Positions 26,135-38,720 of a stretch of 64,000 bases of DNA are shown here, one piece after another. Positions within the stretch are counted from its first letter, which is position 1, and the number at the start of each line of letters is the position of its first letter. The notes under the pieces are model-generated. The model saw only the letters and a program-made list of their open reading frames with translations, made no database searches and was not told where the DNA came from. The translations under genes were made by a program, and so were the position numbers. Source of the DNA: Octopus sinensis (Eukaryota); assembly GCF_006345805.1 (NCBI RefSeq), contig NC_042999.1:9486001-9550000 (forward strand). Direction: 5' to 3'.

Positions 26135-26517
26135 CTAGCAGTATCGCCCGGCGTTGCTCAGGTTTGTAAGGGAAATAACTATAAAGCATTTTTAGAGAGT
26201 TATAGCCAAAAAATAGCAAAAAAATGGAAAAAAAATGATGGTAAATTTTTTTTGAGGGTTAAAAAGGTGGAGTTGCGTCCCCTAGACGGTCTGTGGTTTG
26301 GGTTTCAGATTCTCGACCCCATGTCGAATTTATCGATTTTTTTCAGAACTGGGGGAACTTTTCAAAATTTTCGCTGCGTTAGTTTTGAATTATGACATTG
26401 GGCTATGTGTGTGTCAAGTTTCATCAGAATCGGTTGAAAGCCGTGGTCAGAGTGAGGGTACGAGAAAACAGACACACAGTAAACGCACAGACAAACTGCC
26501 GTTTATATAGAGAGAGA
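26135..26517 (-). mobile_element. Non-autonomous Helitron (383 bp)
   Basis: Minus strand reads A|TCTCTCTCTATATAAAC...GCAACGCCGGGCGATACTGCTAG|T: 5'-TC, 3'-CTAG, A/T target, no TSD. Near-identical copy at 32807-33190. Confidence 0.85.
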
Positions 26518-27165
26518 TGCAAACAGAGCTCTGTAATAAATACTGCCTGCTTCCCCGGTCGATAGAGCTTCCATATTTGCAATCCACTTTACATCGATCG
26601 CATGATTACACACACTGAACAAATTTTCTTCAAAACCACTCCACATTAGACTCACCACCACTAAAAACACGTACGCGTCATTTAAGGAAGTTCTGGGGTT
26701 TTTTTTCATATCATGGAGGTCGCCGGTCATAAACACTGTCCCCTCTGCTACGATCAAACAAGCCACCCCCTTTTTTTTCACTAAACTATTCAGTCTACCC
26801 CAGTCTCTCCTCTTCTCTTTCTCTCTCAGTCTCTCTCTCTCCCTCTCTTTCTCTCACTCCCTCTCAGGGAGTTTATATCGACTTTTAAAACCACCCTAGT
26901 GTTTTCCATTCTTCAGAACAGCAACAACCCCTAACCCGACCAACCACTATCAATCTGTTGCTTTCACTTCCAAAATCTCAGAGGTGGTGGTCATGGTCAT
27001 TAACAATCATATTCAACACATTGTATTCCTTTCCCACCTTGATGACCTCCAGTAAAGCCAGATCTTGTATATCTTTGTATATTTTTTGTATATTTTTGTA
27101 TTTCTATCTTCCTTCCTCCCCCACCACTCACACTTGAGAAATTTAATGAAAATAATGAAAATTTA

Positions 27166-27564
27166 GGCGCTGGAGTGGCTGTGGGGTAAGTAGCTTGTTT
27201 ACCAACCACATACTTCCGGGTTCAGTCCCACTGCGTGGCACCTTGGGTAAGTGTCTTCTACTATAGCCTCGGGCCGACCAATGCCTTGTGAGTGGATTTG
27301 GTAGACGGAAACTGAAAGAAGCCTGTCGTATATATGTATATATATATATGTGTGTGTGTGTTTGTGTGTCTGTGTTTGTCCCCCTAGCATTGCTTGACAA
27401 CCGATGCTGGTGTGTTTATGTCCCCGTTACTTAGCGGTTCGGCAAAAGAGACCGATAAAATAAGTACTGGGCTTACAAAAGAATAAGTCCTGTTGTCGAT
27501 TTGCTCGATTAAAAGCGGTGCTCCAGCATGGCCGCAGTCTAATGACTGAAACAAGTAAAAGAGT
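27166..27564 (+). mobile_element. SINE family A
   Basis: Collinear with 2889-3322. Confidence 0.9.
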
Positions 27565-27569
27565 GTTTT

Positions 27570-28275
27570 CCACGAATTACACCAACAACATATTTGCCCA
27601 ATTCTAACTTGTGGAGTTTCTTGCTAAACTACTTGTCTTTACACTCCACCTTTCCCTGAACTCTTGGATGTCAGGTTTCCTATCAGACCGCATAAACACA
27701 TCTGCTGATGGAAATCTTTTTCTGGCCCAAAACTCAATAAACTCTACGCTACACAAGGGTTAAATTTTCTTCCCTGCCATCAATGATCGTCTTTCCGTTA
27801 CCTCCAACAACACCCGTCTCTACTTAGATGAAATCACCTTCATTGCAATCACCCCTCCCACCACTACAAATGCTACACGTGACTATCACTGAGAAACTCT
27901 TCCGGCGGTTGCACTTCGTAAACATTCTAAAGAGAAAAACATTAAAATGTCTGGGTTTTTCCTTCACCGAGTCAGAAAATATTTCCCCTCCCAACAGTTG
28001 CAAAGAGATCAACTGTGATTCACAATGGAATATGATGTTTCCCTATTTCAGTTGCGGAGAGATGCTGCTACCACTGCTACTGCTACACATAGATATTCTT
28101 GACTACATCCAAGACAACGCCATCCAAATGGTTGCCATGAAGCCACTCATCAACAAGATTCACCCTCCCACTTAAATATGTACTGTGTCCGCTCTGTGTT
28201 TCTTCCACCGCTACTACATCGGCCTATGCTCCTCGGTGCTAGATGGCCTCATCTTATCTTCTCTCAAGCCTACCT
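27570..28275 (+). mobile_element. Decayed CR1/L2-group LINE 3' region (related fragments probably also at 24860-26130)
   Basis: SALCFFHRYYIGLCSSVLDGL resembles the SL.LFYRYY.G.CS.EL C-terminal motif; many stops and frameshifts. Confidence 0.55.
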
Positions 28276-29024
28276 CACCCTGCCCTTCTTGTCATATATA
28301 TGTGTGTATGCGCGAGCGCGTGTGTATTTATATACTCTTTTACGTGTTTCAGTCATTTGACTGCGGCCATGCTGGAGCACCACCTTCCTTCGGCCAGCCA
28401 GCCTTGCCAGTCAGTACCTCGCGCTTATTCAGCCTTATTAAAGCTATAAGTGTCTATGGAATACTCAACCACTTCTTTATTACTTCAATGAGAAGGCAAT
28501 TCAGTTGTTCGGACAACTGGTAGTGTCATCTTTAAAACCGACGCAAATCCATTTACATATTATTCCTATTTACTTATGATAATGTTAAAAGCGATGAATA
28601 TTGAATAAAGTAATGGATTTTTGAAATCAATACGTTTTACTGAATACATTGAAGCAAAACTGATTTTTTTAATCCGCCATATTGGTTCTATTTTTATCTT
28701 ATTTATTTAATAGTTTTTCTGCAGCAGTTTTTACTCGACATGGATATTGTGCTGCAGTTTACTGTGCACCGTTATTCTGTAGTTCACTGTGCATTTCTCT
28801 AATCCCATTGAAAAAAGCACCGAAAATAACAGCAGATGCGCAAAGTTACAATGGACGTATACTAAAGCTTTACATTTCACATGAGTCAATATGATATTCG
28901 TGGTAGTCGTTATGTTAACTATCTCTTGTTGAATATGTCTAATTTACATGTCGTAAATATCTCACAAGGACCTTCATTTGTTCGATCGAATTAGTTCATC
29001 TCTCATGGTATTTATTGAATATAT

Positions 29025-29497
29025 AAGGCGGCGAGCTGGCAGAAACGTTAGCACGCCGGGCGAAATGCGTATCCGTATTTCGTCTGCCGTTACGTTCTGA
29101 GTTCAAATTCCGCCGAGCTCGACTTTGCCTTTCATCCTTTCGGGGTCGATTAAATAAGTACCTATTTCTTTATTACCCACAAGGGGCTAAACACAGAGGG
29201 GACAAACAAGGACAGACATAGGTATTAAGTCGATTACATCGACCCCAGTGCGTAACTGGTACTTAATTTACCGACCCCGAAAGGATGAAAGGCAAAGTCG
29301 ACCTCGGCGGAATTTGAACTCACAACGTAACGCAGACGAAATACCGCTAAGCCCGGTGTGCTAACGTTTCTGCCAGCTCGCCGCGATTAAATAAGTACCA
29401 GTTACTCACTGGGGTTGATATAATCGACTTAATCCGTGTGTCTGACCTTGTTTGTCCCCTCTATGTTTAGCCCCTTGTGGGTAGTAAAGAAATAGGT
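29025..29497 (+). mobile_element. SINE family B carrying a nested antisense family B copy (29163-29383)
   Basis: 16-bp TSD CGATTAAATAAGTACC at 29147-29162 and 29384-29399. Confidence 0.9.
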
Positions 29498-29689
29498 ATT
29501 TATCGAATACACACATTTCAAGTGGTTAAACTCATTTGAATTTTTTCTTTATTTCGTTTTTTTTTTTCTTTTTGGCATCGTTTCATAACATTCACTGCCC
29601 ATGCCGACATCCCTCACTCATTCACTCACTTCCTGTATCACTTGCACATTACTAATTTCTTTCACTCTATTACATACACGACTGACACT

Positions 29690-30005
29690 CCTTCGGTTAT
29701 GACGACGAGGGTCCCAGCTGATACGATCTACGGAACAGCCTGCTCTTGAAATTAACGTGCAAGTGTTTACACACTTCACAGACATCCGTCCTCTTAACAT
29801 TCTTCTCGGGGACGTTCGACGTGACACATGATGTCATAAGACTTGCCTTTTGAAACGAAGGTACAACTCATTTTTGCCAGTTGAATAGACTGGAGCAATG
29901 TGAAATAAAATGGGTTGCTCAAGAACACAACGCGCGTCGGAAATCGAATTCTCGACGTTATGCTCGTAAGCCGAATGCCCTAACCACTAAGCCATGTGTC
30001 TCCAC
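29690..30005 (-). mobile_element. SINE family C
   Basis: Collinear with 37431-37757. Confidence 0.85.
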
Positions 30006-30077
30006 CTTTCTTCCATAGATCTAAGCATGAAAGAGAACTAAGGCTACACAAAAATAAAACAATATTAATAATAATAA

Positions 30078-30721
30078 GATAAAGAGAGAAAAGTCGAGAG
30101 ATATGACAGGTTAGCTTGGGAGGTTAAGCAGTTGCGGTCGATGAAAAACGTAACAGTAGTACCAATTGTTGTCGGAGCCCTGGGAACAGTGAGCAAAAAT
30201 CTGGAAAAGTACGTGGAACAAATAGGGGCTGCAATAATGGTAGAGCACGTAAAGAAAACAGCACTGCTTGGAAACGCCCGAATACTCCGGAAGGTTCTTG
30301 AAAAATAAGAAGTGTTACCTTAGTTCACTAGTATCGAACAGCTGACATTGTAATACATCTCCAGCATTAGTGGAGGCACATGGCCTAGTGGTTAGAGCAG
30401 CGGACACGCGGTCGAGGTCTCGCGAGTTCGAATCTTAGACCGGGAGATGTGTGTGTTTATGAGCGAAACACCTAAGCTCCAGGCGGCTCCGGCAGAAGGT
30501 AATGGCGAACTTCTGCTGACTCTTTCGCCACAACTATCCCTCTCTCTTTCCTCCTGCATCTTGCAGTTCACTTGTGACGGAACGGCGTCCCGTCCAGGTG
30601 GGGAACCTATACGCCAAGGAAACCGGGAAACCGGCCTTTATGAGCCAGGCATGGCTCGAGAAGGAACAAGCATATCTCCAGCGTTAGAAGCTGTGCAAAT
30701 GCAATAAAATAATAATAATAA
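30078..30721 (+). mobile_element. 5'-truncated R4/Dong-type LINE 3' end, flanked by (AAT)n and interrupted by SINE D
   Basis: RYDRLAWEVKQLRSMKNVTVVPIVVGALGTVSKNLEKYVEQIGAAIMVEHVKKTALLGNARILRKVLEK* (stop 30306-30308); AAT runs at 30066-30077 and 30710-30721. Confidence 0.85.
30371..30673 (+). mobile_element. SINE family D with 14-bp TSD
   Basis: TSD ATCTCCAGC(A/G)TTAG at 30357-30370 and 30674-30687; internal GGCGTCCCGTCCAGG recalls the V-SINE domain (from memory). Confidence 0.9.
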
Positions 30722-31259
30722 GCTTTAACTGATCATACAAATATGTGTAGAGTGTGCTTTTCCTTTATGTTTTTATATAAATATGTATGGAGTGTATGGT
30801 TATATGGTTGAAACGTTCACTACCCTGTTCAATGAGCAAGTTATTGCTATCATACTATTGGGATGTTCAATACCTCTTCTATAGAATTTGGTTGGCGAGA
30901 TCCGTTTGCTAAGATGCACATATGACTAAATATCTCTAATGAATGAAATAGTACTCAATACTGTGGGGTACATAGCATTAGTTTAATTTGGCCGACAGAA
31001 ACCAATGTAAGAACTTCCTTTGAGTTTCTTAACGTAAAATTCATGTTATTTGTCAGGCTACCATATTGGAATGAAATTAAAACCGAAAATCAAGCAATAT
31101 CAATAGAATGCCATGCGAACCTTTTGATGTCACAAATATTAAACACATTGAAGTGAGAGTTTTCTATGTTTGCGAGGAGGATTAAACTTGAGGAATAACA
31201 TCTGGGAAGAAGTAACCATTGTCCGAAATGCTGGATACAAGGACGGGAAATTTGACACG

Positions 31260-31622
31260 GTTCCGGGTTCAGTCCCACTGCGTGGCACCTTGGGTAAGCG
31301 TCTTCTAATATAGCCTCGTGCCAACCAAAGCCTTGTGAGTGGATTTGGTAGACGGAAACTGAAAGAAGCCCGTCGTATATATGTATATATATATATGTGT
31401 GCGTGTGTGTTTGTGTGTCTGTGTTTGTCCCCCTAGCATTGCTTGACAACCGATGCTGGTGTGTTTACGTCCCCGTCACTTAGCGGTTCGGCAAAAGAGA
31501 CCGATAGAATAAGTACTGGGCTTACAAAGAATAAGTCCCGGGGTCAAGTTGCTCGACTAAAGGCGGTGCTCCAGCATGGCCGCAGTCAAATGACTTAAAC
31601 AAGTAAAAGAGTAAAAGAGAGT
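31260..31622 (+). mobile_element. SINE family A, 5'-truncated
   Basis: Starts at GGTTCCGGGTTCAGTCCC and runs to the AGTAAAAGAG tail. Confidence 0.9.
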
Positions 31623-32078
31623 ATATGTTTCGAAGACAACATTGGTTTTATTCCAAAAGAATAAACGGTGTAAAATAATGTAATCTTCTCATCAGGAAAG
31701 AAAGAGAACCTATCCCGACAACAAGAATCACCTTGTTGACACACTTATAGAGCGATCTTATAAATGTAAGCACTGGCAGAAACATACCTTTAGCTCATAT
31801 AAGTGATTTCGCCAGTCTTTATAGTTTGAACATTTAGTTCACGTTGCACTTTACTTCAATAGAGAAATCTACTTCCAAGCTTTTGAACATTTTTTCAACC
31901 AATATACCCCTCTTTAATTGTTCTCTACTTATTTCTTTACCCTTTCTCTTCCTAGGAAGATCCTTTGACATCGGATCTACTAACGGTTTTTAAAAAAATA
32001 CTTAATAGCGTTCTGTTTATCATTTAGGCAGTCATCAAAATTGTTATAATGTCTTCTTGTTGAGATAGGTTCTCTTTC

Positions 32079-32162
32079 TTTCCTGATGAGAAGATTACAT
32101 TATTTTACACCGCTTATTCCTTTGGAATAAAACCAATGTTGTCTTCGAAACATATGTCGAAA
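32079..32162 (+). ncRNA. Type-I hammerhead ribozyme motif (PLE-associated)
   Basis: TTTC-CTGATGA-GAAGA...TCTTC-GAAA-CATATG-TC^GAAG: full core, G10.1-C11.1 pair, extended stem II, GUC triplet, palindromic stem III ACATATGT. Confidence 0.8.
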
Positions 32163-32758
32163 GTAAAAGAATTTGAATAACACCTGCGTTCAACTCCATT
32201 TATTTACTTATACTAAACAAATTACTGCACATTAACCCGGAGTTTCTACCTTTGAATAGGTCGTTACATCCTTGTCACTTGCGTGAATTTTCCATGTTAA
32301 CTGGAAACAAAGGATAATTCATTCATCCATTTACATATACTTCAAAAGATTATATATATATATAAATGTGTGTATTTTTCAATGCGTACAAATAACACGG
32401 AAAAAATAAATAGTTACCAGGGTAGCAAAAATTCAAATAGGGGCCAAGGATATTACAGCCTATTTATAAAAGTAGAAATTCCAGGGTTAAGTGAAATCGA
32501 ATTTTATAGATTGGTAGAAATTACTTATAGGAACTAAAGATATGTTTTTGCCAATGTTTACAACGATAACCGCTTTCTTTAAACGTGTTTTCTCGGAGAA
32601 TACCCTTGTACACACGTTTAAAGAGCGCTTTTGAGTTGTTTTAGCTCTTATTTCTAGCAATAGTGGTGCTAGTCAGTACCTTCTGTCACTTTTATGACAT
32701 CCATTAATTTTGCCTTCAGATTCAGATTGCTTAATAAGGCACACATTTAATTTGGTGT

Positions 32759-32806
<48 letters not shown>

Positions 32807-32807
<1 letters not shown>

Positions 32808-33190
32808 TAGCAGTATCGCCCGGCGTTGCTCAGGTTTGTAAGGGAAATAACTATAAAGCATTTTTTAGAGAGTATAGCCAAAAAATAGCCAAAAATGGAA
32901 AAAAATTATGGTAATTTTTTTTTGAGATTTAAAAAAGGTAGAGTTGCGTCCCCTAGACTGTTTGTGGTTCGTATCCTGATTCTCGACCCCATGTCGAATT
33001 TATCGATTTTTTTCAGAACTGGGGGAACTTTTCAAAATTTTCGCTGCGTTAGTTTTGAATTATGACATTGGGCTATGTGTGTGTTAAGTTTCATCAGAAT
33101 CGGTTGAAAGCCGTGGTCAGGGTGAGGGTACGAGGAAAACGACACACACAGAAACACGCACAGACAAACTGCCGTTTATATAGAGAGAGA
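32807..33190 (-). mobile_element. Non-autonomous Helitron (384 bp), inserted in (TA)n
   Basis: Same termini and body as 26135-26517. Confidence 0.85.
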
Positions 33191-33260
33191 TATATATATA
33201 TATAAACAATATATAAACAAATAAATGGAGTTTAACGCAGGTATAATTGAAATACTTTTA

Positions 33261-33345
33261 CTTCCAACACATGTTTCGAAGATTTCACTGATATTATTCA
33301 AAAGAATAAATGGTGTAAAGCAATGTAATCTTCTCTTCAGGGTAG
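33261..33345 (-). ncRNA. Type-I hammerhead motif, same family as 32079
   Basis: CTACC-CTGAAGA-GAAGA...TCTTC-GAAA-CATGTG-TT^GGAAG. Confidence 0.65.
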
Positions 33346-33802
33346 GGAAGAAATGAAATTCGTCAATAAGACATTTTAACAGAAAATGATGGATATGTAT
33401 AGTGATTTACTGAACGCTATTAATATTGTTTGAAAAAACGTTATATGATATAACGTCAGAAGTAGCTTATAGAAAGAGGAGGGATATTTTTAGTGAATGT
33501 TGAATATAAAAAGAAAATTAATGTTTGAATTATATATAATGATAGAGATTACTTATATGAACTAAAGGTGTGTTTTTGCCAATTTTTACATCGGTATGCA
33601 CGCTTGTAAAAGTATTTAAATTATACCTGCGTTAAACTCCATTTATTCATTTATATATTATACAAAAAATTCCACGTAAATCCGAAGTTTCTAACTTTAA
33701 AAACAAGGAGTTGCAATCTCTTTACTTGTGTGATTTTTTGCTACACTGTTAACTATTTATCTATTTTTTCCGTGTTAGTTGTTAAAAGGGAAAGATACAC
33801 AC

Positions 33803-33843
<41 letters not shown>

Positions 33844-33928
33844 TATTTGAGACAAAACCACTATTTTGCAAAACAAACACAGAAAGACTTAATCAATACA
33901 TAAAATTTAATAAATAGTCAAAAAACCG

Positions 33929-33971
33929 CCACTACAATCGTTTCTTGTCTTGATCGACAATCTTCAGGTGG
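33929..33971 (-). ncRNA. Type-I hammerhead motif
   Basis: CCAC-CTGAAGA-TTGTC gatcaa GACAA-GAAA-CGATTG-TA^GTGG. Confidence 0.75.
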
Positions 33972-36522
33972 ACTTCCAATCTAAAAAATCAAAATTTTAA
34001 AATATAAAAATAATACTTTTAAATAATTAAAGTATAAATGAAAAAATATAAGTATATAATCCATATATAACCTATATATAATCCATATCGAAAATATAGA
34101 CTAATTACCACGAATTCCTAAAAAAAACCATGATAAAACAAAACTCTTAAAAACATAACGATAAAATCTCCCTTTGCCTAAACTCTATAACAACCTATAA
34201 GTAAACCCCCTAACCTAAACATTCACCACAAATACACACACGTAAACCACAAACTCACGACTTATACACATACCTATACTAACTTATAAACCTCAATATA
34301 CACCAAAACCCACTCCCTCCCCACACAGACAAATTAACACATACATCCCAAAACCTAAATAACAAACCCATATACACATTCACACACAAAACACACACTC
34401 ACACGCAAAACACTCACACACAAAAGATACATATACTCCCTCACATATACGCCTATACATACTCACTAAACTCGACATATACAACAATACTTACACACCC
34501 ACATAAAACATTATATACATTTATGAGCTTTAACTCACCTTATCATCTCTAACAAACAACTTGCAGTAACCCAATCCCATTCTCTATGCCTACCTCACTA
34601 CTACACTATTCCATTCACAATACCCGTGCGTGAATATACACATGGAGACTACCACACAGGTATAAATGTGTTTAGAAATGGGAACCCCATCACTACACTT
34701 AATGTATACTCTCACCCATCCGCACGGATGTGTAAGTGTATCTCCGGTGTATATGTTGAGGCTTATATGTTGAGTTGTTGAAGTGAACGTCGTTGAAATT
34801 GTGAATGAATGGGTAGAGTTGGGAATTGTAACCGGGTGGTGGACTAGTGTTGCTTGGAATTGTGAATGAATAGGGTGGTAATGAGGTAGGCATTGAGTAT
34901 GGGTTACTGTAAGTTGTTTGTTAGAGTTGCTAGGGTGAGCTAAAGCTCATAATGTATATAATTGATTTTTCATGATAGTTTTTAAAGAATCCATTCATAA
35001 TAAATTTTTTTTAAGTAGCGTTGGTTTGCTACGTGGAAATAGTTTTTAGTTCCATTTATTATATTTCTCCATTCATACTATGAATGACGTTTACTTTCTA
35101 TGGCGCGTACTCTCTTTTTTTACATTAGTTATTTCCATGGTAACGTAATTTTGTTTGGTTTTTTAACGGCTAAAAATCTAATTTCACTTCATAATTTGTA
35201 ACTGAATTGTAAGTATGTATTTGATTTATCCTTATGTCATAATGTTATTTTTGATATTCTGGTTAATTACGATGTATTTATTGTTGTTTTCATAAGAGTG
35301 TTTATGTATATGAGATTGGTTGTGAGTTTTTAATTGTATAATTAATTTATTTATCTGTATGAGTGTGGGTGTAAATATTGTTGTATATATCGAGTTTAGT
35401 GAGTATGTATATGCGTATATGTGAGGGAGCATATGTATCTGTTGTGTGTGTGTGTTTTGCGTGTGTGTGTGTTTGTGTGTGAATGTGTATTTGGGTTTGT
35501 TATTTAGGATTTGGGATGTATGTGTTAATTTGTCTGTGTGGGGAGGGAGTGGTTTTTGGTGTATATTGAGGTTTATAAGTTAGTATAGGTTTGTGTATAA
35601 GTCTTGGGTCTGTGGTTTACGTGTGGGTTTTTTGTGTGTGAATGTTTAGGTTAGGGGGATTGCTATATAAGTTTGTTATAGGGTTTAGCAAAGGGAGTTT
35701 TTATCGTTATATGCTTTTATGAGTTTTGGTTTATCATGGTTTTTTTAGGTAATTCGTGGTATTTTGTATATTTTAGGTGTTGGTTATTTTTTTACATTGT
35801 TTCATTCATAATTTTTGAGTGGTGTTCGTTTTGCCACGTGAATAACCGGGTAGTGGACTAGCGTTGCTTGGAATGTGAATGGAATAGTGTAGTAGTGAGG
35901 TAGGCATAGAGAATGGGATTGGGTTACTGCAAGTTTTTTGTTAGAGATGCTAAGGTGAGTTAAAGCTCATAATGTATATAATGTTTTATGTGGGTGTGTA
36001 AGTATTGTTGTATATGTCGAGTTTAGTGAGTATGTATAGGCGTATATGTGAGGGAGTATATGTATCTTTTGTGTGTGAGTGTTTTGCGTGTGAGTGTGTG
36101 TTTGTGTGTGAATGTGTATATGGGTTTGTTATTTAGGTTTTGGGATGTATGTGTTAATTTGTCTGTGTGGGGAGGGAGTGGGTTTTGGTGTATATTGAGG
36201 TTTATAAGTTAGTATAGGTATGTGTATAAGTCGTGAGTTTGTGGTTTACGTGTGTGTATTTGTGTGTGAATGTTTAGGTTAGGGGGTTTACTTTATAGGT
36301 TTGTTATAGAGTTTAGCAAAGGGAGATTTTATCGTTATATGTTTTTAAGAGTTTTGTTTTATCATGGTTTTTTTTAGGGAATTCGTGGTAATTAGTCTAT
36401 ATTTTCGATATGGATTATATATAGGTTATATATGGATTATATATTATATTTTTCATTTATACTTTAATTATTTAAAAGTATTATTTTTATATTTTAAAAT
36501 TTTGATTTTTTAGATTGGAAGT

Positions 36523-36565
36523 CCACCTGAAGATTGTCGATCAAGACAAGAAACGATTGTAGTGC
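36523..36565 (+). ncRNA. Type-I hammerhead motif (mirror copy)
   Basis: CAC-CTGAAGA-TTGTC gatcaa GACAA-GAAA-CGATTG-TA^GTG; predicted cut after 36561. Confidence 0.7.
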
Positions 36566-36781
36566 GGTTTTTTTTTGACTATTTATTAAATTTTTGTATT
36601 GATTAAGTCTTTCCTTGTTTGTTTTGCAAAATAGTGGTTTTGTCTCAAATAATATTTTATAATATTTACTATAAAATTGGATTTAATCCTAAATCTGATT
36701 TTTTTTTTTTTTCCCTGTAAATTTGGATTTATTCATTCCCTAATATTTTATATTATATATATATATATATATATATAAATA

Positions 36782-36845
<64 letters not shown>

Positions 36846-36849
36846 AATA

Positions 36850-36880
<31 letters not shown>

Positions 36881-37430
36881 AAGAGTATATAAAGATATAT
36901 ACACGAAGAGAAAACCCTGGCAGGACTTCTTACCTGCTAAAAGGGCAGTTAATCCCAAACCACGAAAAAATAATTCTAAAGGTACGCCGATAAAGCACTA
37001 GAATGAAAGGAATTATTATTTTTAGTTAATCTCATACTCGATTTTCCCTATTAATGAGCAAATAAATTAATTTGTCATTCGTAGTTCATCAGTTGGAACA
37101 GTGCATAATTATGAAGCTTAATACGTACCGAAGGAACACGTGGGAGCTGCATCCTTATAACATTATGGACTCAAATCAAGGGCGCAGGTGCACTCACATA
37201 GCCAGCAGCAAATAACTAGTTTTAAACTGCGTACGATAAGCCTCAGAATTAGAAAGTTTTACCGTGTAAATCATAAGGGTGTATATTTATATATAGCGAT
37301 CACCGTGCAATGACTAAAGAAAACCTAATTTTTTCTGTCGAGAGCTTATATGCTCTATTATTGGACTATTTTCTTTGGTCTTTGCGCAGTAATCGCTTAT
37401 AAGCTTTAAGCTTATAAAACACTATTATTA

Positions 37431-37757
37431 AGGAGCACTCCGTCGGTTACGACGACGAGGGTCCCAGCTGATACGATCAACGGAACAGCTTGCTTGTGGA
37501 ATTAACGTGCAAGTGACTGAGCAATCCACAGACACGAGTACCCTTAACGTAGTTCTCAGGGAGATTCAATGTGACACAGAGTGTGACAAGGCCGGCCCTT
37601 TGAAATACAGGTACAACTCATTTTTGCCAGCTGAGTGGACTGGAGCAACGTGAAATAAAGTGTCTTGCTCAAGGACACAACGCATCGCCGGGAATCGAAC
37701 TCACGGCCTTACAATCGTCAGCCGAATGCCCTAACCACTAAGCCATGCGCCTTCACT
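37431..37757 (-). mobile_element. SINE family C with 12-bp TSD
   Basis: TSD ACACTATTATTA at 37419-37430 and 37758-37769; minus-strand head TGGCTTAGTGG...GAGTTCGATTCCC. Confidence 0.92.
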
Positions 37758-38137
37758 ACACTATTATTATTATTATTTACAGAATTGTAAAAATCGACAC
37801 TGCTTAACAAAACCATTCACGGTAAAAGCACATGAAAGTTTGTTTACAAAAACAACTACGAACTAACTATAGTTCTTAAATCTGACAGAAAAAACAGGTA
37901 GGTTCGCTAGTATAATCGGTAGCACACTCGGTCGCGTAAACAGAGAGGTGTGGGTTCGAGTTACAAGCGCACGGAAAAACCTAATTTTTTTTCTGTGGAG
38001 GGCTTATATGCCCCATTATCAGACTATTTTCTTTAGTCATTGCGCAGTGATCACTTATAAATTACTATTAATATTATTATTTATAGCATTGAAAATATTG
38101 GTACTGCTTAACAAAGCCATTCGCAGTAATATATTTG

Positions 38138-38168
<31 letters not shown>

Positions 38169-38562
38169 ATTCAGAGTGAAGTGCCTTGCTATGACGACAA
38201 CACATCATTGGCAACTGTTACCAATCATATCCTCGTAGCAATGCATAATCTAACTGAAGACAACGGATGTATTCGTCAATCGAACAAGACATTTCCTGGC
38301 AAGCGCTGCCTTTTCAATTTTAGATTTCTAATCGTAAAATTCGGATTGCTTTAACATTATAGAAATAGTATTGTGTATATTATGCTGATATTGATCGTTT
38401 GATGTTTAATTTAGAATCGCATGCCTTACATGTGTTTAGTATTTCTCCTCTCCCATCTTGTCTCATCGTCTGTTCCCTTTGCTTGAAGCTCAACTCATTA
38501 TTTCGTTTTTGGATTTGGTTTGCAAGATTCTTTATATGAGTTCGTGTGTTGAAACATATTCT

Positions 38563-38720
38563 GTTGTGTCTGGGGAGAGTCATTTTCTTTTTGAGCTTTA
38601 TAAATTTACTCACCGGTAAAATTTCCACTTTTTTCTTATTTTTATTTTCCAGTGAAATTTTACCAGTGAGTGTGTTACATTATAAAGCATAAAAAGAAAA
38701 TGATTCTCCCCAGACACAAC
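38563..38720. repeat. About 158-bp imperfect hairpin (MITE-like)
   Basis: GTTGTGTCTGGGGAGAGTCATTTTCTTTTT pairs with AAAAAGAAAATGATTCTCCCCAGACACAAC; inner stem ACTCACCGGTAAAATTTC with GAAATTTTACCAGTGAGT. Confidence 0.8.

Larger units (their letters stand above)
33834..36661. repeat. 2.8-kb inverted structure (arms 33834-34618 and 35874-36661) with an extra diverged tandem copy inside; PLE pLTR-like
   Basis: Arms are reverse complements with few indels; strong G/T versus A/C strand skew; hammerhead motifs at 33929-33971 (-) and 36523-36565 (+). Confidence 0.9.
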
